In this document: piece after piece, positions 18,660-28,455 of the stretch
Layout: the number at the start of each line of letters is the position of its first letter
Position numbering within the stretch: the first letter of the stretch is position 1
Source of the DNA: an uncultured Pseudomonadota bacterium
GTDB taxonomy: Bacteria > Desulfobacterota > Syntrophorhabdia > Syntrophorhabdales > CAYQXL01
Direction of reading: 5' to 3'
Assembly: GCA_964421445.1 (NCBI GenBank)
Contig: CAYQXL010000002.1
Coordinates: forward strand, 13,602-77,601
DNA: 64,000 nt
The notes under the pieces: model-generated
Told to the model about the DNA's origin: nothing
The model's input: only the letters and a program-made list of their open reading frames with translations
Databases searched by the model: none
Translations under genes and position numbers: made by a program

Positions 18660-19507
18660 AGCGAATTCACGTTGTGTGCAAGAGAAAGACAGAAGATGCC
18701 CTCAAGGAAGCGCGGCAGATTGTCGATGAATTTCAGGATGTGGCGGAGGTCTTTCTTGAAGAGGAGGCCGGCCGGTCTGTAGGATACGACAGGGTTTTTG
18801 AGATGGAACATGTCGGTGATGGTGCCCACCTCATCATCGTTCTCGGCGGCGATGGAACGCTCCTCCGCGTTTCGCGCCACGTGCGGCGGGAGAACGTGCC
18901 CATTCTCGGGGTGAATCTCGGAAGTCTGGGTTTTCTCACGGAAATTTCCGTGGAAGAGCTGAGGTCGATGATTTATGGCGTTTTGAAGGATGAATATTCC
19001 ATATCGAAAAGAAGCATGCTCGATGTGACCGTATCGAGGCTTGGCCTGGAAGTGTTCCGGTTCACTATACTCAATGATGCCGTCATCACAAAAGAGGCCC
19101 TCGCCAGGATCATCGACATCGAGACCTATGTCAACGACGAATATCTTACGACCTATAAGTCTGATGGCCTTATTCTGTCTTCGCCGACGGGATCGACGGG
19201 TTACTCCCTCTCTGCCGGCGGGCCTATTCTCTATCCGTCGATGAAGAACATCGTGATTACGCCCATCTGTCCCCATATGCTGACCAACAGACCGTTGATT
19301 CTTCCTGAAGATGCCGTTATTAAGGCGATACTGCGGTCGAGGGAGGAGAGGGTTGTGCTGACCCTGGACGGTCAAATAGGATTTCCCATGGAGTATGGCG
19401 ACGAACTGATCGTTCAGCAATCGGAGCATGTGGTCAATCTCATAAAGCCCTCAACGCGGGGATACTTTCAGGTTCTGAGAACGAAATTGAAGTGGGGTGA
19501 ACGGTAA
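18656..19507 (+). CDS. nadK: NAD kinase
   Basis: 283 aa. GGDGTLL motif, NDAVI, and the SSPTGSTGYSLSAGGPI signature. ATGA overlap with the upstream gene. Confidence 0.93.
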   Translation: MKRIHVVCKRKTEDALKEARQIVDEFQDVAEVFLEEEAGRSVGYDRVFEMEHVGDGAHLIIVLGGDGTLLRVSRHVRRENVPILGVNLGSLGFLTEISVEELRSMIYGVLKDEYSISKRSMLDVTVSRLGLEVFRFTILNDAVITKEALARIIDIETYVNDEYLTTYKSDGLILSSPTGSTGYSLSAGGPILYPSMKNIVITPICPHMLTNRPLILPEDAVIKAILRSREERVVLTLDGQIGFPMEYGDELIVQQSEHVVNLIKPSTRGYFQVLRTKLKWGER

Positions 19508-19509
19508 CG

Positions 19510-21129
19510 GTGATCACGTTTCTGAGGGTCAGGGACTTTGCCATAATTGATGATCTCCACGTAGAGTTCGGTGAGGGGTTCAATGTGGTGACCGGTGAAA
19601 CGGGTGCGGGAAAATCGATCATTATCAACGCCCTCTCTGCTCTGGTAGGTCAGAAGAGCGCCGGAGACATGGTACGGACAAATGTTCAGCAGGCCGAGAT
19701 CACCGGCCATTTTGTCTCTGAGGCAGATGATTTCATACTCAAACGGATCATCAGTGCCGCTGGCAGATCAAGGGCATTTCTTGACGACGACCCGGTCAAT
19801 CTGACCCGACTGGAAGAATTGGGCGCCAAGGTCCTGACGATTTATGGACAGCATGATCTCCATCATCTCCTTGATCGGGAAGGTTATGCAGGGATCATTG
19901 ACGATCTCCTCGGTCTTTCCGATGAAAGAAAGGTCCTTGCAGGAAAGGTGGAGCAACTGAGAAAGGTGAAGGCAGAACTCGAATCGGTGCGGAAAGAGAA
20001 GGATGTCCGGGAAAACGAGATAGCCCTTCTCGCCTTCCAGATGGAGGAGATTTCAAGGGACGGACCGAGGGAAGGCGAAGAGGACGAGGTGAGGGAACGG
20101 CTCAAGGTCCTGAAGGATGCCGAACGGATAGAAGCGTCTCTCAATGTCATCCGTCAGGGACTTGATGAAGATGAGCATTCGGCTCACGCTGCCGTCGCCA
20201 GGATACTGGGTATGGTGAAACCTCTCTCCCATCTCAGGAGTATTGCTGTTCTGCGAGAGAAACTGGAGTCGATAGGCTACGATATTGAGGAAACGGTCCG
20301 GATGACCCACGACATCGAGAAGGATCTGGCATTCGATGCCGAAGAGGTGGCGGTCCTCGATGACAGGCTCAACCGGATCAATCAGCTCAAGAGCAAATAC
20401 AGTGGCACGGTTGAAGGGATCTGGCTTTACCTGGAAGAGGCGAAGAAGCGTTTCGACTACCTCTCCGCTGTTTCAGGTGACATGAGATCCCTTGAAACGG
20501 AGGAAAGGACCCTCGGAGGAGAGGTCATTGGTCTCGCCGAACAGTTAACTGAGAGACGAAAACAGGGGATTCCCGGCATTGAGGAGAGGATCAGGGAGGA
20601 GCTGAAGTTTCTCTCCATGAGGAATGTCCGTTTTGCTGTCACCATCGGCGACAAGGGTCGAATCGACGAGGAAGGAAAGGATGCCATAGAATTCGTCATA
20701 GCTACGAACCCCGGCGAACCGGCGAAGCCACTCAGAAAGATTGCGTCAGGAGGGGAGCTTTCCCGGATCATGCTCGCCATTAAAAGCATCGGCGGGGACA
20801 ACGAGGGACAGACGATGATCTTTGATGAGATTGATGCAGGAATCGGTGGAAGGGTTGCCGATATGGTGGGAAGGCGACTGAAAATGCTTGCGAAGAAGAA
20901 CCAGATCATTTGTATTACCCATCTGCCTCAGATAGCCGCTTTCGGCGATTGCCATTTTCTTGTTGAAAAGACGCAGACGCCGACAGCCGCTAAAACATAT
21001 ATCCGGAGATTATCTCCGGAAGAGAGAATCGGTGAAATAGCCCGGATGATCGGTGGTGAAACACTGACGGAAAAGGGCCGTCAAAGAGCGGAGGAGATGC
21101 TGGAGCATGCTCAGGAAAGCACGCATTGA
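19510..21129 (+). CDS. recN: DNA repair protein RecN
   Basis: 539 aa with a GTG start. Walker A GETGAGKS, long coiled coil, SGGELSRIMLA signature and FDEIDAGIGG Walker B. The nadK-recN adjacency is widely conserved. Confidence 0.93.
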   Translation: MITFLRVRDFAIIDDLHVEFGEGFNVVTGETGAGKSIIINALSALVGQKSAGDMVRTNVQQAEITGHFVSEADDFILKRIISAAGRSRAFLDDDPVNLTRLEELGAKVLTIYGQHDLHHLLDREGYAGIIDDLLGLSDERKVLAGKVEQLRKVKAELESVRKEKDVRENEIALLAFQMEEISRDGPREGEEDEVRERLKVLKDAERIEASLNVIRQGLDEDEHSAHAAVARILGMVKPLSHLRSIAVLREKLESIGYDIEETVRMTHDIEKDLAFDAEEVAVLDDRLNRINQLKSKYSGTVEGIWLYLEEAKKRFDYLSAVSGDMRSLETEERTLGGEVIGLAEQLTERRKQGIPGIEERIREELKFLSMRNVRFAVTIGDKGRIDEEGKDAIEFVIATNPGEPAKPLRKIASGGELSRIMLAIKSIGGDNEGQTMIFDEIDAGIGGRVADMVGRRLKMLAKKNQIICITHLPQIAAFGDCHFLVEKTQTPTAAKTYIRRLSPEERIGEIARMIGGETLTEKGRQRAEEMLEHAQESTH

Positions 21130-21568
21130 AGATGTTCGGTTAATCCATGCCATGGTCAATTTGTCTGCCACCCGTGGGGAGATGCTGACCCGATCGCTTG
21201 GTGAACTGTACGACAACTTAAGGGATTATGTTGTTTGCGAAGACAACGGGACGATTGTCGGTACCTGTGCTCTTCACATATGCTGGGAGGATCTCTGTGA
21301 GATCCGGTCCCTCTGTGTATCCGAGCCCTTCAGGAAGCTGGGGATTGGACGGCGTCTCGTTGATGCCTGTCTGGAAGAGGCGCGGAGCTTTGATGTAAGC
21401 CGGGTATTCGTCCTTACCTATCAGGTCCGTTTCTTTGAACACTGCGGTTTTCACGCGATCGACAAGAAGGAACTGCCTCAGAAAATATGGTCTGACTGTA
21501 TCAAGTGCCACAAATTTCCTGCATGTGATGAAAATGCAATGGTGCTGAGGCTTCCGAAGGAGGGCTGA
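21107..21568 (+). CDS. GNAT N-acetyltransferase (short ArgA-like type)
   Basis: 153 aa. Acetyl-CoA motif FRKLGIGRRLV and a C-terminal Cys-rich tail (CIKCHKFPACDE). Confidence 0.82.
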   Translation: MLRKARIEDVRLIHAMVNLSATRGEMLTRSLGELYDNLRDYVVCEDNGTIVGTCALHICWEDLCEIRSLCVSEPFRKLGIGRRLVDACLEEARSFDVSRVFVLTYQVRFFEHCGFHAIDKKELPQKIWSDCIKCHKFPACDENAMVLRLPKEG

Positions 21569-21571
21569 CAA

Positions 21572-22882
21572 GTGGACGAGTATAACGCAAAAGATCTGAT
21601 TCACCGGTTATCCGGCGCATTTGACGAATACGAGCTTTGTTGTATTTCGGAAAAGGATACTATCTATGAATGCCGTGAGAGGGAGCTTTACGGTTTTGAG
21701 ATAAAGGAAGAATGGGGGATGGCTCTGCGGGCGGTAAAAGGGGGGCGGCTGATCTTTACCCACACATGCGCGGCCGGAGAAGAAGGTATCGATGACCTGA
21801 TAGACAAAGGCAAGGCACTCCTCCCTTTTGTTGACGAAGACAGGGATCTGGGATTTCCCGGCCCTTTTTCCTCCTACCCTGAAGCGGATTTTTTTGACGC
21901 GGTGGGACTCGATAGACCGGAGAGAGAGAAAATCGATTCCCTTGCCGCCATGGAGGAGGTGATCCTGTCCCATGATCCAAGGATCGTGGCGACGAGGAAC
22001 TGTGAACTCAGAGAGAGCCGGCTGACCATGACAATCGCCAACTCCGCAGGGATGACAGCGGAAGGAAGAAAGACCCTGTACTCCCTTTTTGCTCTCGCCG
22101 TGGCGAAAGAAGAAGAGGATGTTTCGTCATGGAACTGGACATGGGCCCATCGGCTTTCAGAGATTGACTTCGAGGACTTTGGGAGGAAGCTTGCCGGCAA
22201 GGCCGTCTCGCAATTGTCGGCGAGACAGCTTCAGACCGGCATCTATGAAGGAATATTAACACCCCGGGCTGTCTGCGATATCCTCGAAATCCTCTCGGGA
22301 TCGTTTCTTGGTGAGAATCTGTTCAAAAAAAAGACCAAACTCGACGGCAAAGTGGGACAGCGGTCTTTTTCCAAGACGATCAGTATTGTCGATTCAGGAC
22401 TGAGAGGGACCGGCGGGTTTCCTTTTGACGGAGAGGGGGTGCCGGCCAGGGAGAACCTGCTTGTGCAGGATGGTGTTCTCCGCGGTTTTCTCTTTGATTC
22501 CTATTACGGGAAGAAACTGGGCTTCGACTCGACAGGAAACGGGATCAGGCCGGGAATTAAGGATCCTCCCAAATGCTCGGCAGGAGGATTTTTTATCGAA
22601 CCTGGCCCTGATGACATCTGGGCGACGTATGCGGATGGTATCATCATCGATGAACTGATGGGCACTCACACGGCAAATCCGATCACCGGAGATTTTTCGG
22701 TCGGTGCCATGGGGTACGAAAGACGGGGAGGGGAAGACCTCCCCTTCAGTGGTGTCATCTTTTCGGGGAATGTCTTCGATCTGCTTCAGAATGTAGAACG
22801 GCCGGGGAACGACCTGATCTTTTTGGGGACAACAGGGGCCCCATCGCTTTATGCCCGGGGGCTGAAGATCAGCGGGACGTAG
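21572..22882 (+). CDS. pmbA: TldD/PmbA family metallopeptidase
   Basis: 436 aa with a GTG start behind AAGGAGGG. C-terminal GDFSVGAMGY pattern of the TldD/PmbA family. No partner subunit gene is adjacent. Confidence 0.82.
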   Translation: MDEYNAKDLIHRLSGAFDEYELCCISEKDTIYECRERELYGFEIKEEWGMALRAVKGGRLIFTHTCAAGEEGIDDLIDKGKALLPFVDEDRDLGFPGPFSSYPEADFFDAVGLDRPEREKIDSLAAMEEVILSHDPRIVATRNCELRESRLTMTIANSAGMTAEGRKTLYSLFALAVAKEEEDVSSWNWTWAHRLSEIDFEDFGRKLAGKAVSQLSARQLQTGIYEGILTPRAVCDILEILSGSFLGENLFKKKTKLDGKVGQRSFSKTISIVDSGLRGTGGFPFDGEGVPARENLLVQDGVLRGFLFDSYYGKKLGFDSTGNGIRPGIKDPPKCSAGGFFIEPGPDDIWATYADGIIIDELMGTHTANPITGDFSVGAMGYERRGGEDLPFSGVIFSGNVFDLLQNVERPGNDLIFLGTTGAPSLYARGLKISGT

Positions 22883-23948
22883 GTTTTCTTATCGTTTCAG
22901 CAACAAGTTCCGTGACCAGGGCGACGCCATCCCTGTTCCAGTGGGTGTCGTCGGAATGGTAAAGCGGACGACCGCGGTCCTCATAGATTGATTTGAATGC
23001 GGGCTGGGTATCAATAACTTCAATATTCAGGTCTCTCAGCCGGGCGGTGAGTGTTTCAAGAAAGTGGGGTTCTTCCGTACCCAATGGTTTATGGTAGATG
23101 GTCTCCTTGTTCGGGATGGGAAGAAAGATGAATCGGATTCCCTTTCCCGAAAAGGTGTCGTGATATCTCCGGATAACGTCAACGGTTCTGCTGATCTGAT
23201 CCTCCGAATAGGGCCTGTTGGCCTTTGCCCCCTCGAGAAAGAAAAACGGCTGGCCATCAATCGAGATATAAGGGAGTGAAGGTCCCCCCACTCGTCTGAT
23301 CGACGCCCTGATGAAGTTCAGCATGTTGCCTTTGAAGATTCTGTCCAGTCCCTCGGCCATAACCTGAAGAATCCGGTTTGATTCTATCCCATAACGGATT
23401 CTGCGCCATGTTTTGTTCGGAGAAAAGTACCGTGACTTTGGCATGCTCAGGTGGGTGATGTTCCGTTCCACCCGCTCGAGGATGACAATCTTTGGCGGTG
23501 ACGGAAGAAAGAGTGGGTGTTCGCCGTAGCTTCGGGCCCCTCCGCCCGGCGCAAGGGGATAGACTGAAAGCCCTGTTTCGCGTTCGAGCATCTCTGCAAG
23601 AGTGTCCTCCTGTGTGAGCCCGCTTCCTGCAATCATCGAATCACCGATAAGAACGACATCGTAGCGACCGGTGCTCCGGTCTGTGGTGCGGTAGCCGTAC
23701 CGGTCTGTATCCCACGTGACGTTCTTCAGGATAGTGTGGGGTGTGTGGTGGGCCAGATCGCCCTGCTCGTGCTTCGTGATCCTTTCGACGGGATAGAAGG
23801 GGCCGTTCAGTATGCCGTACGAATGGCGGACGATGAGAGCTTCCCACACCTTGAACGTAAAACAGTCGAGAGGCAACGCCAGCTCAATCACCACTGCTAT
23901 GATGAAGGGCGCAAGAAAGCAGAGATATTTCCCTCTGTATGTTTTCAT
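22869..23948 (-). CDS. AlgX/AlgJ-like SGNH-type O-acetyltransferase
   Basis: 359 aa with an N-terminal anchor. VVLIGDSMIAG (GDS block) and SDDTHWNRDG (DTHW block) are as in AlgJ/AlgX-type proteins. It starts 3 nt after the MBOAT stop. Confidence 0.65.
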   Translation of the reverse strand: MKTYRGKYLCFLAPFIIAVVIELALPLDCFTFKVWEALIVRHSYGILNGPFYPVERITKHEQGDLAHHTPHTILKNVTWDTDRYGYRTTDRSTGRYDVVLIGDSMIAGSGLTQEDTLAEMLERETGLSVYPLAPGGGARSYGEHPLFLPSPPKIVILERVERNITHLSMPKSRYFSPNKTWRRIRYGIESNRILQVMAEGLDRIFKGNMLNFIRASIRRVGGPSLPYISIDGQPFFFLEGAKANRPYSEDQISRTVDVIRRYHDTFSGKGIRFIFLPIPNKETIYHKPLGTEEPHFLETLTARLRDLNIEVIDTQPAFKSIYEDRGRPLYHSDDTHWNRDGVALVTELVAETIRKPTSR

Positions 23949-23951
23949 CCG

Positions 23952-25415
23952 TTAAAACTGAAAGTAGATGAATTTATCCGATCCGTAGACCCCGATGAGA
24001 AGAATGGACAGGACAAGAATGTAATAGAAACTCCACCGCAGCCACGGAGGACGGCCTGCAAACATGGTGCGAATCGTTGCATGGTCATTGATCCGGTGAA
24101 AGAGGTAGAAAAACCCTATAGCTCCCAGAGCGAGAAAGAGGTCGATCGTAGGCCTGCCGAGAAAGAGAGAACTGGAGAGGGCCTGAATGTCGGTCAGGGC
24201 GGGCCAGTCGCGGTGGAGGTGGGAAACGACGTACCAGGCATCGCTTACCGAGGCCGCTCTGAAAAAAATCCAGGCGAAGGCCACGAGGAGATAGGTGATC
24301 AGAACTTTGAGCCGTCGATGGAGGGCAGGGAATCGTGTAAGACCGAAACGCTCCGCCGCCGACCCCCGTGTTTTTTCCGAGAGTCGGGAGATACAGAGGT
24401 AGATCCCATGGAGAAGGCCCCATATGACAAATGTCCAGTTTGCCCCGTGCCAGAGGCCGCACACGAAGAATACAATAAGGATGTTGAAATAGTACCGGGC
24501 CTTCGATGTCCTGTTGCCGCCGAGAGGGATATAGAGATAGTCCCTTAGCCAGAACGAGAATGACATGTGCCACCGCCGCCAGAAGTCACCGACCGATGTT
24601 GCTCCGTAAGGTCGGTTGAAATTATCGGCGATGGTGAATCCGAGAATATGGGAACAACCGATGGCTATGTCTGTATAGCCGGAAAAATCAGCATAGAGCT
24701 GACAGGTATAGAAAAGTGAAGCCATAGTAAGTGAAAGACCGTCATAACCGGAGGGGTTTGCAAAGACAGGATCGACGAAGAGGGCCAGCCGGTCGGCAAT
24801 GACGATTTTTTTGAAGAATCCCCAGACGACAAGTTTAAGCCCGAATGTGATCCGGGCCCAGTCAAAGCTCTGTGTCGCCGATAACTGGGGCAGGAACTGA
24901 CGTGCCCGTTCGATCGGTCCTGCCAGGACCCGGGGAAAGAAGGCGACGAAGAGGGCGTATTTGCCCAGATGGCGTTCGGGCTCAGTCTGGTGCCTGTAGA
25001 TATCGATGCTGGAACTGATGATGCTGAATGTGTAGAAAGAGATGCCGAGGGGGAGGAAGAGATTGAGATGAGGGACCGTTACTGTCCATCCGAAGAAGTG
25101 GGCCACATCGTTGAGTGTGGTGCCAAAGAAATTGGCATACTTGAAAAAGAGAAGAATGGCACAGTTTGCAAGGATATTGAGGAGAAGGTATCTCTTTCGT
25201 CGCTGCTGACTCTCTTCTGTGCCGATCTTGATGCATGAGAAATAGCCGATGACCGTTGACACGAGGATGAACGGAAGGAACTGAAAGCCAAAGGAGCCGT
25301 AGAAATAGAAGCTTGCCGCAAGAAGAACGATCCACTGGTATTTTCCGGGAAGACGGAAGAACAATCCTGCCGTAATGAGAAAAAAGAGAAAGAATTCGTT
25401 CGAATAAAAGTTCAT
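23952..25415 (-). CDS. MBOAT family O-acyltransferase (AlgI/PatA/DltB-like)
   Basis: 487 aa, polytopic. FWRRWHMSFSFWLRDYLYIPLGGNR contains the conserved MBOAT His. Confidence 0.9.
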   Translation of the reverse strand: MNFYSNEFFLFFLITAGLFFRLPGKYQWIVLLAASFYFYGSFGFQFLPFILVSTVIGYFSCIKIGTEESQQRRKRYLLLNILANCAILLFFKYANFFGTTLNDVAHFFGWTVTVPHLNLFLPLGISFYTFSIISSSIDIYRHQTEPERHLGKYALFVAFFPRVLAGPIERARQFLPQLSATQSFDWARITFGLKLVVWGFFKKIVIADRLALFVDPVFANPSGYDGLSLTMASLFYTCQLYADFSGYTDIAIGCSHILGFTIADNFNRPYGATSVGDFWRRWHMSFSFWLRDYLYIPLGGNRTSKARYYFNILIVFFVCGLWHGANWTFVIWGLLHGIYLCISRLSEKTRGSAAERFGLTRFPALHRRLKVLITYLLVAFAWIFFRAASVSDAWYVVSHLHRDWPALTDIQALSSSLFLGRPTIDLFLALGAIGFFYLFHRINDHATIRTMFAGRPPWLRWSFYYILVLSILLIGVYGSDKFIYFQF

Positions 25416-25516
25416 GGAAAAACGTGTATAAGCCGACGCTCATGCTGCGAAGAATGGCCTTCGGGAGCAATCTTAGCAGAAAGACAGAACTTATACAAGA
25501 CGTCTACGCCATTTTC

Positions 25517-25963
25517 CTATGACCCCTTCACTTCGGAGGTACAGGCGGGACAGCGGGAGGCCTTAAGGGGAATTGTGGTCAAACAGTAAGGACATTCCCT
25601 TGTTCCCGGATCGGGAGGCGGTACCTCCTTCTTGAACCGTGAGACCTGTTTGACAAGGAGATAGACGGAAAAAGCCACTATGAGGAAGCTGATGATTGTG
25701 TTGATGAATGTACCAATGTTGAGGGTAACGGCTCCTGCCTGTTTTGCCAATGCCATAGTTGCATAGGGACCGGGTACCTTGCCTTCTTTCAGGATGACGA
25801 AAATGTTTGAAAAGTCTACGTTTCCGAGAAGAAGTCCGACCGGCGGCATGATGATGTCATCAACAAGGGATTTTACTATCGTTACAAACGCTGCACCGAT
25901 TATAATACCAACGGCCATATCAACAACGTTTCCCCGCATTATGAACTCTTTGAATCCTTTCAT
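25517..25963 (-). CDS. mscL: large-conductance mechanosensitive channel with C-terminal CxxC...CxxC tail
   Basis: The second ATG (25963) is preceded by GGAGGGG. MKGFKEFIMRGNVVDMAVGIIIGAAF is the canonical MscL N-terminus. The tail is ECPYCLTTIPLKASRCPACTS. Confidence 0.93.
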   Translation of the reverse strand: MKGFKEFIMRGNVVDMAVGIIIGAAFVTIVKSLVDDIIMPPVGLLLGNVDFSNIFVILKEGKVPGPYATMALAKQAGAVTLNIGTFINTIISFLIVAFSVYLLVKQVSRFKKEVPPPDPGTRECPYCLTTIPLKASRCPACTSEVKGS

Positions 25964-26048
25964 CGTCCCCTCCATTTTTCCAGTACTTAAATGTTGTATA
26001 GCCCAGTTCAGTAAAAAATTCCAGCAAAGCCGTTACTTTTTTAAAAGA

Positions 26049-27152
26049 TCATACTTTTACGAGAGTGTAAGCCCGTTCCCCCAATCCCATCTTCTCCGCA
26101 TGAACGAGTTGAGTCGTCCAGTCGATTGAAGGATAGATAGCCCTCCATTTATCTTCACCGGGACCGAGATGTTTCTTGATTGCTGTTCCCGGAAGGGAGG
26201 GTTCGTTGTTTACCAGATCGGCAGAGGCGGCGTCAAGTGAAACAGGGTCCCCGGAAGCGAGGATGCCGATGTCCCGGACAATGGCTGTATCGTTATGGGC
26301 ATAGCAATCGCATGCCGGGCTCACCTGGAGGACGAAGTTCAGGTAGACCGTGCTTCTCTCTTTCCCTTGTATCGCCCCCAGGGCATATTCGGCCATTTTT
26401 TTCTGGAAAATATCGGGAGACTCGTTCCATTGGATCTCGATCGCTTTGTGGGGACAAACGATAATACACTCACCGCATCCGATGCATGCCTCACCGCTGA
26501 TAAAAGCCTTTTTGTTGTTCAGGGCGATCGCCCCTGCAGGACAGTAGGACAGGCAGAGTTTGCACCCTTTGCATGCCGACTGGTTTATTACAGGGGCCAC
26601 AGTGCTGTGCTGGATCAGTTTTCCTTCCCGTGCGGCACAGCCCATGCCGAGATTTTTTATCGTTCCCCCGAACCCCGACAATTCGTGTGCCTTGAAGTGT
26701 GTGATAACTACCATGCTGTCCGCATCGGCGATCTCTTTTGCAATGTAAGCCTCGGTGAGAACCTCCCCATTGATGAGGATCTTTCTTCCTGTTGATCCTC
26801 GCAGCCCATCGGCGATGATGAGCGGGCAACCGGCGACTGCGTAGTCGAACCCATTGAGGATTGCAGTGGAGAGATGGCTGACAGCATCACTCCTGGAACC
26901 TGTATAGAGTGTGTTTGTATCGGTGAGGAAAGGTTTTCCCCCGATCTCTTTGATTCTGTCGACGATGGTCCGGACAAAAACGGGTCGGACATAGGCTGTA
27001 TTCCCCCGTTCTCCGAAGTGGAGTTTCACGGCGACGAGATCGTTCTTTCTGATTCTCGTATGTATCTTGAGACGGTTAAGGAGTGTCGCCACTTTATCGA
27101 GGAGGTTTCTTTTCGGCGTTGTTCTTAAATCTGTAACGTAGACGGTAGACAT
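26049..27152 (-). CDS. DUF362 domain protein with inserted 2x[4Fe-4S] ferredoxin domain
   Basis: 367 aa. VAVKLHFGERGNTAYVRP...FLTDTNTLY is the DUF362 pattern. CKGCKLCLSYCP and CIGCGECIIVCP are cluster motifs. Confidence 0.8.
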   Translation of the reverse strand: MSTVYVTDLRTTPKRNLLDKVATLLNRLKIHTRIRKNDLVAVKLHFGERGNTAYVRPVFVRTIVDRIKEIGGKPFLTDTNTLYTGSRSDAVSHLSTAILNGFDYAVAGCPLIIADGLRGSTGRKILINGEVLTEAYIAKEIADADSMVVITHFKAHELSGFGGTIKNLGMGCAAREGKLIQHSTVAPVINQSACKGCKLCLSYCPAGAIALNNKKAFISGEACIGCGECIIVCPHKAIEIQWNESPDIFQKKMAEYALGAIQGKERSTVYLNFVLQVSPACDCYAHNDTAIVRDIGILASGDPVSLDAASADLVNNEPSLPGTAIKKHLGPGEDKWRAIYPSIDWTTQLVHAEKMGLGERAYTLVKV

Positions 27153-27231
27153 AAGAGGCTCCTTTTATGTTGGCTTTGCAGGAAAATTATGTTAAGAATA
27201 GGGGAATTTTGTCAACAAATAAGGAGGTTTG

Positions 27232-28407
27232 ATGTTAAATCTTTCAGAGAAGCATACCTTGATTCAGATGATTGCCGAAAAGCTTGCAAAAGAAAAAGTT
27301 GCCCCCCGGGCAAAAGAAATAGATGCAACCGGTGCATTTCCATGGGACCTCGTCGACATCTATAAGAAGCAGGGTTTTCTCTATCTCATGCTCCCTGAAG
27401 CTTACGGTGGTCTTGACGGTGACATTACGTCTCTCTGTCTTGTGATCGAGGAACTGGCAAAGGTCTCCGGCTCCGCTTCCCTTGTTCCCCTTGCTCATAA
27501 CGTGGGCCTCATGCCTGTCATGGTGGCCGCCAACGATGATCAGAAGAAGTATATCTACGATAAGTTGACCGAGCCTGACAAAGCCTATCTCTTCGCTTTT
27601 GCCCTGACCGAGCCTGATGCCGGATCGGATGCGTCGCATATGCGGACGAACGTGACGAAGGATGGTGACTACTACTATCTCAACGGAAAGAAATCGATGA
27701 TCACCAACGGTGCCAATGCACAGTTTTTCTCCGTCTTTGCCACCACGGATCCAAAACACCGGACGGAAGGTATATCGGCGTTCTATCTGGAAAAAGATTA
27801 TCCCGGTGTGGTGATCGGCAAGAGCGAAGACAAGATGGGCATGCGGGGGTCGGATATTACGGAGATCGTGTTCGACAATGTCCGGCTGACGAAAGACAAC
27901 CTTCTGGGAAAAGAGGGTCAGGGTTGGGATATTGCCATGACTACCTTGAATCTTTCCCGTCCTGCCGTGGGTGCTCAGGCTGTTGGTATTGCCCAGGGAG
28001 CCCTTGATTTTGCTGTTGAATATGCCTGGAAGAGGGTTCAGTTCGGCCAGAAACTTGCCGATTTTCAGGGGGTCCAGTTTATGGTTGCCGATATGGCCAC
28101 AGGGGTCGAGGCAGCCCGGGCTCTTGTGTATGACGCAGCCCACCTCCTCGATATGAAGGCATATAACAGGGACAAAATGAGTGCCATTGGCGTGGACAAG
28201 CTGTCGGCCATGGCGAAGGTCTATTCTGCCGACGTGGCAATGAAGGTTACAACCGATGCTGTACAGATTATCGGCGGGTATGGTTATACAAAGGAATATC
28301 CTGTAGAGCGGATGATGCGGGATGCCAAGGCGACCCAGATATATGAAGGGACCAATCAGGTCCAGCGGATCGTCATTGCCAGGGATATATTCCGGAAATA
28401 TATGTAA
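27232..28407 (+). CDS. acyl-CoA dehydrogenase
   Basis: The ATG lies 5 nt after AAGGAGG. FALTEPDAGSD, the QIIGGYGYTKEYPVER and IYEGTNQVQR motifs include the catalytic Glu. Confidence 0.93.
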   Translation: MLNLSEKHTLIQMIAEKLAKEKVAPRAKEIDATGAFPWDLVDIYKKQGFLYLMLPEAYGGLDGDITSLCLVIEELAKVSGSASLVPLAHNVGLMPVMVAANDDQKKYIYDKLTEPDKAYLFAFALTEPDAGSDASHMRTNVTKDGDYYYLNGKKSMITNGANAQFFSVFATTDPKHRTEGISAFYLEKDYPGVVIGKSEDKMGMRGSDITEIVFDNVRLTKDNLLGKEGQGWDIAMTTLNLSRPAVGAQAVGIAQGALDFAVEYAWKRVQFGQKLADFQGVQFMVADMATGVEAARALVYDAAHLLDMKAYNRDKMSAIGVDKLSAMAKVYSADVAMKVTTDAVQIIGGYGYTKEYPVERMMRDAKATQIYEGTNQVQRIVIARDIFRKYM

Positions 28408-28413
28408 TTATGA

Positions 28414-28455
28414 AGGCGCGGCTCAGTTCCGCGCCTCTTTTCTTCTTCTTTTTTT
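28414..28455 (+). terminator. rho-independent terminator after the acyl-CoA dehydrogenase gene
   Basis: 8-bp GC-rich stem AGGCGCGG/CCGCGCCT (28414-21 / 28429-36) with a 7-nt loop, followed by a T-rich run (CTTTTCTTCTTCTTTTTTT). The tail overlaps the convergent GYD gene stop. Confidence 0.72.

Noticed and set aside
27244-28143. 299-aa ORF antisense to the acyl-CoA dehydrogenase gene. Similar long antisense ORFs occur at 17367-18272, 18365-19429, 31460-32122, 33746-34654, 34814-35944, 37802-38701, 41947-42597 and 47489-48697.
   Set aside because: Each lies entirely within a sense-strand gene that has clear family motifs. Their translations are Arg/Pro/Gly/His-rich low-complexity sequences with no motifs or SD. 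Such ORFs are typical mirror-frame artefacts in moderately GC-rich DNA.
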